Shown one piece after another: positions 23,963 through 25,185 of a DNA stretch of 25,185 nt (positions are counted from its first letter, which is position 1; each line of letters starts with the position of its first letter). The notes below the pieces were generated by a model. It saw nothing but the letters and a program-made list of their open reading frames with translations. It searched no databases and was not told the DNA's origin. This stretch comes from a virus (Duplodnaviria; Caudoviricetes). A program made the position numbers and the translations under genes. The stretch lies in the IMG/VR virus record IMGVR_UViG_3300042315_000848, positions 1 through 25,185 of that record. The stretch is one strand, 5' to 3'.

Positions 23963-23969
23963 TGTCAAA
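23963..23969 (-). promoter_or_regulatory. TTTGACA junction motif 5 (13 nt upstream of GTG), fused to a terminator U-tract
   Basis: ...GGCTTTTCTTTTGACACGGCCCCAGTGTC-GTG. Confidence 0.5.
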
Positions 23970-24008
23970 AGAAAAGCCCCCGCCGGAGTGAGAACGGCGA
24001 GGGCTTTT
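23967..24008 (-). terminator. Rho-independent terminator after the capsid genes (possibly bidirectional)
   Basis: AAAAGCCCTCGCCG-loop-CGGCGGGGGCTTTT followed by CTTTT. Confidence 0.8.
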
Positions 24009-24044
24009 GCGGGCGAGGAGCGCGGTGCAGGCGCTTTGCGGGAA

Positions 24045-24284
24045 TTATTTCTTTTTCTTTGGCGACTCTTCGGCTTCCACCTCAACGGCGGGAGCTGGCT
24101 TGGCTTTGCAGATGTGGCGCTTGAGCGTGTCGCCGAGGGAGACGACGAGCGTCTCGTCTGCGGTCAACTCGCCGGCCACTTGCTTGGCTTTGAAGGCTGC
24201 GAGCTGCTCGCCGAGCGGGACACTCGGAAGGCTTTCGACCTTCCAAGTGCTGCCGGTGCGGGTGAGCGTGATTGCGAGGCGCAT
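24045..24284 (-). CDS. Hypothetical 79-aa protein following the capsid gene
   Basis: ATG 5 nt after the capsid stop; basic C-tail PKKKK; backbone codon usage. Confidence 0.7.
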   Translation of the reverse strand: MRLAITLTRTGSTWKVESLPSVPLGEQLAAFKAKQVAGELTADETLVVSLGDTLKRHICKAKPAPAVEVEAEESPKKKK

Positions 24285-24289
24285 CAGGC

Positions 24290-25185
24290 TTAGGCGCTGA
24301 CGATGCGCTTGAGGGCGGCGGCGTGGCCGAGTGCGTAGCCGTAGTTGACCTCGAGGACTTGTTTCTCGGTGTCCGTGTCAGGGTCAGCCCAGGCGCGGTA
24401 TTCGATGGTGAGGCCGGTCTCGGGATCGACGGCGGTCTCGTAGCTGGTGAGGTGGTTCAACACGCCAGGGGATGGCTGGATGGGCGAGAAGGCGACCAAG
24501 ATCGACTCGGGGAGTGCGACCATGCCGACGAGGTTTTGGCTGTTGCCGGGGATCAAGTTGGTTCCGACGACATCGAAGCCAGCGATCTGTGGCAGGCGGC
24601 CGTTCTGGATCGCGGTGGCGCTGCCGACTGCGGCGGCGTTTTTGATTCCGGCGTCCTTGAGGAGCGCGCCTTCATAGGAGTTGTCGAGGATCATCACGCG
24701 GCTGGACTTGCTCCATTTGGCCTGGTCGAGCGCGGTTTTGATGGTGATCAGGTCGTCGCTGTCGAACGCGGAGGCCGCGCCGGTGTGGATCGCCGCTCCG
24801 TAGTTGGAGGCAGTGACGATCGAGAGGATGTCGCGGAGGATGTCCTCGGCGAGTTTGCGGCCCTTCAAGAATCCGAGTTGCTCGGGGTTGAAGTAAGGCT
24901 GGCGGGCGAGTTCGCTCGATGTGAAGGACAGCGCTTGATACTTGCGCTTGTTGACCGTGATCTCGCGGGAGTTGATCGCGTTCGTGTCGCCGAATGCGTA
25001 AGTGCCGTCGAAGTCGCTCGTCGCGTCAGTCGCAAGAGGGAAAAACGGAACCGAGATTTTGTCGGTGCCTTGCAGTGGGACCGAGTTGAACACGGTCGAG
25101 AAGGAGTTGATCGGGAGAAGTGCCTCGCGGAGCGCGATGAGAGCGCTGTCGAGGACGACATTCAGTTTGAGTTCGGAGCTGATGG
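24290..25185 (-). CDS. Major capsid protein (HK97-fold, P22-coat-like), 5'-truncated by the window edge
   Basis: Frame is open to the edge (ISSELKLNVVLDSALIALREALLPINSFSTVFNS...); GTDKISVP, R-x-x-I-L, G-x-L-x-x-IAGFDV and YG-x-A motifs; followed by a terminator and head-tail genes. Confidence 0.85.
   Translation of the reverse strand, partial: ISSELKLNVVLDSALIALREALLPINSFSTVFNSVPLQGTDKISVPFFPLATDATSDFDGTYAFGDTNAINSREITVNKRKYQALSFTSSELARQPYFNPEQLGFLKGRKLAEDILRDILSIVTASNYGAAIHTGAASAFDSDDLITIKTALDQAKWSKSSRVMILDNSYEGALLKDAGIKNAAAVGSATAIQNGRLPQIAGFDVVGTNLIPGNSQNLVGMVALPESILVAFSPIQPSPGVLNHLTSYETAVDPETGLTIEYRAWADPDTDTEKQVLEVNYGYALGHAAALKRIVSA

Larger units (their letters stand above)
1..25185. mobile_element. 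Temperate tailed phage genome segment (capsid-tail-fibre-lysis-attP-integrase), siphovirus-like, apparently non-integrated
   Basis: Canonical late-gene order on the minus strand with many ATGA overlaps; tyrosine integrase; tRNA 3'-half with phage genes on both sides; no host housekeeping genes in the window. Confidence 0.95.

Noticed and set aside
1-25185. Stop-codon reassignment
   Set aside because: The standard code gives dense, tightly coupled genes, and TAA, TAG and TGA are all used as stops

Overview
The window is a contiguous segment of a temperate tailed phage, probably a siphovirus (tail tube, TAC and tape measure present; no sheath seen), with a GC-rich backbone. It appears to be in its non-integrated form. 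Almost all genes are on the minus strand, reading from the right end: major capsid protein (5'-truncated), head-tail joining genes, tail tube, a DUF5659-like gene, tail assembly chaperone with a canonical -1 frameshift, a tail-completion-like gene, tape measure, a 1880-aa protein with 15 Ig-like repeats plus an RCC1-like insert, a Cys-rich three-gene block with a low-GC interior that includes a sulfotransferase-like domain, a series of modular fibre/appendage genes, a lysis cassette (membrane protein, holin, lipoprotein, amidase), an intact attP carrying the 3' half of tRNA-Leu(UAA), and a tyrosine integrase. At the left edge is the 3' end of a convergent ribbon-helix-helix-like gene. The most unusual signals are: (i) a second, in-phase G_GGA_AAA slippery site in that regulator gene, which opens a start-less, protein-like -1 frame; (ii) a low-GC cassette inserted between high-GC Cys-rich ends and bracketed by two matching heptamer-repeat blocks; (iii) a TTTGACA motif found at five gene junctions with non-sigma70 spacing, plus SD-less (CCA)n leaders; (iv) fibre genes that share short terminal modules, suggesting a docking chain. 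Family names come from motif recognition only; no database searches were run. A PVC-superphylum (e.g. Verrucomicrobia-like) host is only a weak impression.
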